The notes beneath the pieces were generated by a model. It ran no database searches. It had not been told where the DNA came from and was given only the letters and a program-made list of their open reading frames with translations. Both the position numbers and the translations under genes were made by a program. A stretch of DNA of 64,000 nt from Saccostrea cucullata. Taxonomy: Eukaryota. Of the stretch, positions 61,340 to 64,000 are shown piece by piece (the first letter of the stretch is position 1; each line of letters begins with the position of its first letter). The stretch covers positions 62,001 to 126,000 of the forward strand of contig NW_026918910.1 of NCBI RefSeq assembly GCF_032062105.1, in the 5' to 3' direction.

Positions 61340-62123
61340 CATGTATGTGGAGTTGGTACTTTAACAGATCTGTACATTTGTATAAAGAATTCATACTAAG
61401 TTATTGTGGTTTAAAAAATATATTGACCAACTTGATTTATTGAACAATTGAATAAACTGAAGTAATTTATAAACTAGAAATTAAGATACAGAATGTGACA
61501 ATGTAAACCCCCACCCACCCCAAACACACACACAAAGTTGTACTTGCATTTGAGTTGGAATACAATTTCCACTTTCTTTTGAATTTTATTTTTCACAATC
61601 CAACCAATTTTTTTTATTGGCCTGGCCTTTTATTAGTTAAAAATAAGGATATTATGTATGTTTTACCACTGCTTTGTTTTTATTAGGCATGCTTTTTGAT
61701 ATTTAGAGCCATGTACATATATTTTTTTTCAGTTTTCATAGAAAATGGATGACTTACTATAAATAACTAAACATTTCCATATCAAAAGTAATTTCTACAA
61801 CAAATATAAAACTATAAAACACAACGTAAGTACAGAGCAACAATGAAATTTTTGCAAACAAAATAATTAATGTACATTTTATATGAAGACAAGTTTGTGA
61901 AATGAATATAATACTTTGTCTTTTACCAACTTCCAGAATTATTTGTTGGTCAAAGATTTTTTTTTTCTCATTATCAACATAAATAATACTCATTTTCACT
62001 GTAATATAAGCAAGAAAAAAAAAATTCTCATAAATATGATTTACCCTCAGGAAACGGATCAACTGATGAAAAGATTGCTGCACTGAAGTTTGGTAGACAG
62101 TTAATTAACATCAAATGATTAAA

Positions 62124-62463
62124 AACTAGAGGTACTGTGAGCAATGAGCTCACTAAATGATACCCCCCGCCTCCATACAGTTATAATGGCAAAGTCTATG
62201 TTTTGCTGTGGCCGGGAAACCCAAAATATGTGTCGGATCAAAAACTAAAATAGGAAGTGCACAATGGCAATATGTAATAAAGATTCTGTGAAAGTTTCAT
62301 CAAATTTCATTCAGTGGTATGAAAGGAGTTGTGGATAAGAGATGGGTACCCCAAAGCGTAACAGACGGACGGACAGCTAGACAGACGGACGGACGGACGT
62401 ACAGACGGACGGAATTAACGATTACTATATACCCTCCCGCTTTTCAAGTGGGGGGTATAAAAA
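62124..62463 (-). mobile_element. Short HINE with termini related to 32173-33112
   Basis: CTGTGAGCAATGAGCTCAC hairpin, (GACG)n, TATACCCTCCCGC..GTGGGGGGTATA end. Confidence 0.75.
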
Positions 62464-63308
62464 TCTTACACTAAATAAACATATATTTTCTTGAATACAT
62501 AGTACATGTGTAGTACTCATATGTATGTGCGTGTTTAAGTGAATGGTATTGCAGCATATAAATGGTAGAAAGTGATTAGCCTATAACCTAATTCAAAATG
62601 TTGATAGTAAACAAATTTCACAGCTTTGAAAAGTTTAACATTTCATAAATTAATGTCAAAAGAGATTGAATTGCTGAAAAAATAGTTAAAAAATACCTGT
62701 TGATAAAATATTTACATTTGGGCTAATTTGAGATTTTTTTTCACAATATATGAAACAATTGATGCTTAGACAAAACATGACTTTATGTAAAAAAAAATAC
62801 TAGTATATTGTACCTGCATCAAAAAAAAAAAAATTTTTTTCTTTCTTTTGGACATCATAAAATTAAGTACCAAAGGAATATATAACTTTGGTTGATTTAT
62901 GTGTAACTACATTTTAAAGTCAAAATTATGGTGTTTATATTGTCCTTTTTTGTTCTAAAAAATATGTTTAATTATTTTTGATATCACATATGACAATATG
63001 TACACCAAAAAGGGGGGTTTAATTTAAAACTAGTTTGAAGGCAAATAGAGACCCATTTCATACCCTGTCATGTGACCCTTTGACTAGTAATGGTGAAATA
63101 AATCATGTATATTAAATGATGAAAATTTGATTTCTGGTACAGAAAAATTGACAGCACAAAACCTTGAAATGTACGACTTAAAAAAATACAAAAATAACAT
63201 TCCTTTAGCCAGTTATCAGTTCTTCAACTGACAGACACACAGACAATGATAAAGGCGGCTAGGTTTTGATGGAGCTGATGGTACAGGGGATGGGGTGATG
63301 CTGAAGGG

Positions 63309-63428
63309 TCAAGTCCCTGCATAGCTGATCAGACACAGGGGCATGACTTGTGTGCTGTTAAAGACGATATACTCCTCATTGTACACAACATCCCCCCCTC
63401 CAATGGCTGATTGAAGTCGACCTGAAGT
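63309..63428 (-). CDS. Last coding exon of a probable PARP/ADP-ribosyltransferase-domain gene (the rest lies beyond the window)
   Basis: Acceptor cattgcag, then TSGRLQSAIGGGDVVYNEEYIVFNSTQVMPLCLISYAGT*, which fits the PARP C-terminal E-Y-I-V-(Y/F)-x-x-x-Q-V-x-P-x-x-L-I-x-Y pattern. Confidence 0.65.
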   Translation of the reverse strand, partial: TSGRLQSAIGGGDVVYNEEYIVFNSTQVMPLCLISYAGT

Positions 63429-63772
63429 CTGCAATGATAGTCATATCATACAAATTAATTTCATTTATCAGTGTGTTCAGATGGACATATTGAATACACT
63501 CATTATGTATGTCTTATACAAAGCTAAAATGTGACCCTTTTCAATTTAAAATTCATGTACCAAAATAAGTTGTAACATTCTTCATAAAGGTAATAGGTCA
63601 CATATCTGATATCATTTTACCCTTTAATGATGAAAAAAAAGGACAAAGGGACATTTCTGAGCTGATATTCCCCTCCACTGACTAAGTGTAACATGATAGA
63701 ACCTAGGGTATAACCTCTCACAAGGAAGAATGTTGTTGATACAGTTTCAGATTATGCCAAATGCTGTTACTG

Positions 63773-64000
63773 TTTTTATGCCCATGTAATCGAAGATTCG
63801 GAAATATATAGTTTTGCCCTGTCTGTCTGTTTGTCTGCAAGAACTTTAACTTTCCCAAGACTTTTAGATGGTCTGGGCTGAGGCTTTCATATTTCACAGG
63901 TGTATTCCTTGTGACAAGATCTTTCTTTGGTACCACCAAATTTGACCTTTTAATCTCGACCTTGGTGTTTGACACACTTTTAAACAAAAATACCAAACTT
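63773..64000 (+). mobile_element. HINE 5' end, truncated by the window edge
   Basis: TTTTTATGCCCATGTAATCGAAGATTCGGAAATATATAG, (TGTC)n, first monomer; same family as 47268-48153. Confidence 0.75.

Overview
AT-rich eukaryotic DNA with many GT-AG introns, most likely from an oyster (Ostreidae), judged from 166-bp Cg170-like satellite arrays inside Helentron-type elements. I assembled gene models by hand from splice sites and reading phase: (1) Ldh_2/YjmC-family dehydrogenase (-, 762-9739, 11 exons); (2) IPP/KLHL27 BTB-Kelch (+, 10196-16026), head-to-head with gene 1; (3) a 9-cysteine TGF-beta/activin-like ligand (+, 20843-23409) with a probable GC-AG intron; (4) an EF-hand + charged-helix protein ending in a stand-alone dynein-like microtubule-binding domain (-, 24639-33790); (5) FAM91A1 (+, 34331-45388), head-to-head with gene 4; (6) a neuronal calcium sensor-family gene (-, 50722-51895); (7) a 5-exon orphan gene behind a CRE cluster (+, 54876-56000); (8) the last exon of a probable PARP-domain gene (-, 63309-63428). 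Introns and intergenic DNA are full of non-autonomous Helentron-like (HINE) elements, MITEs, hAT elements and a decayed mariner. The most unusual pattern is that three large tandem arrays, and two decayed ones, are built from the 3' end of a coding exon plus its splice donor or stop codon. The large arrays decay away from the exon. In one of them the repeated donors stay in frame.
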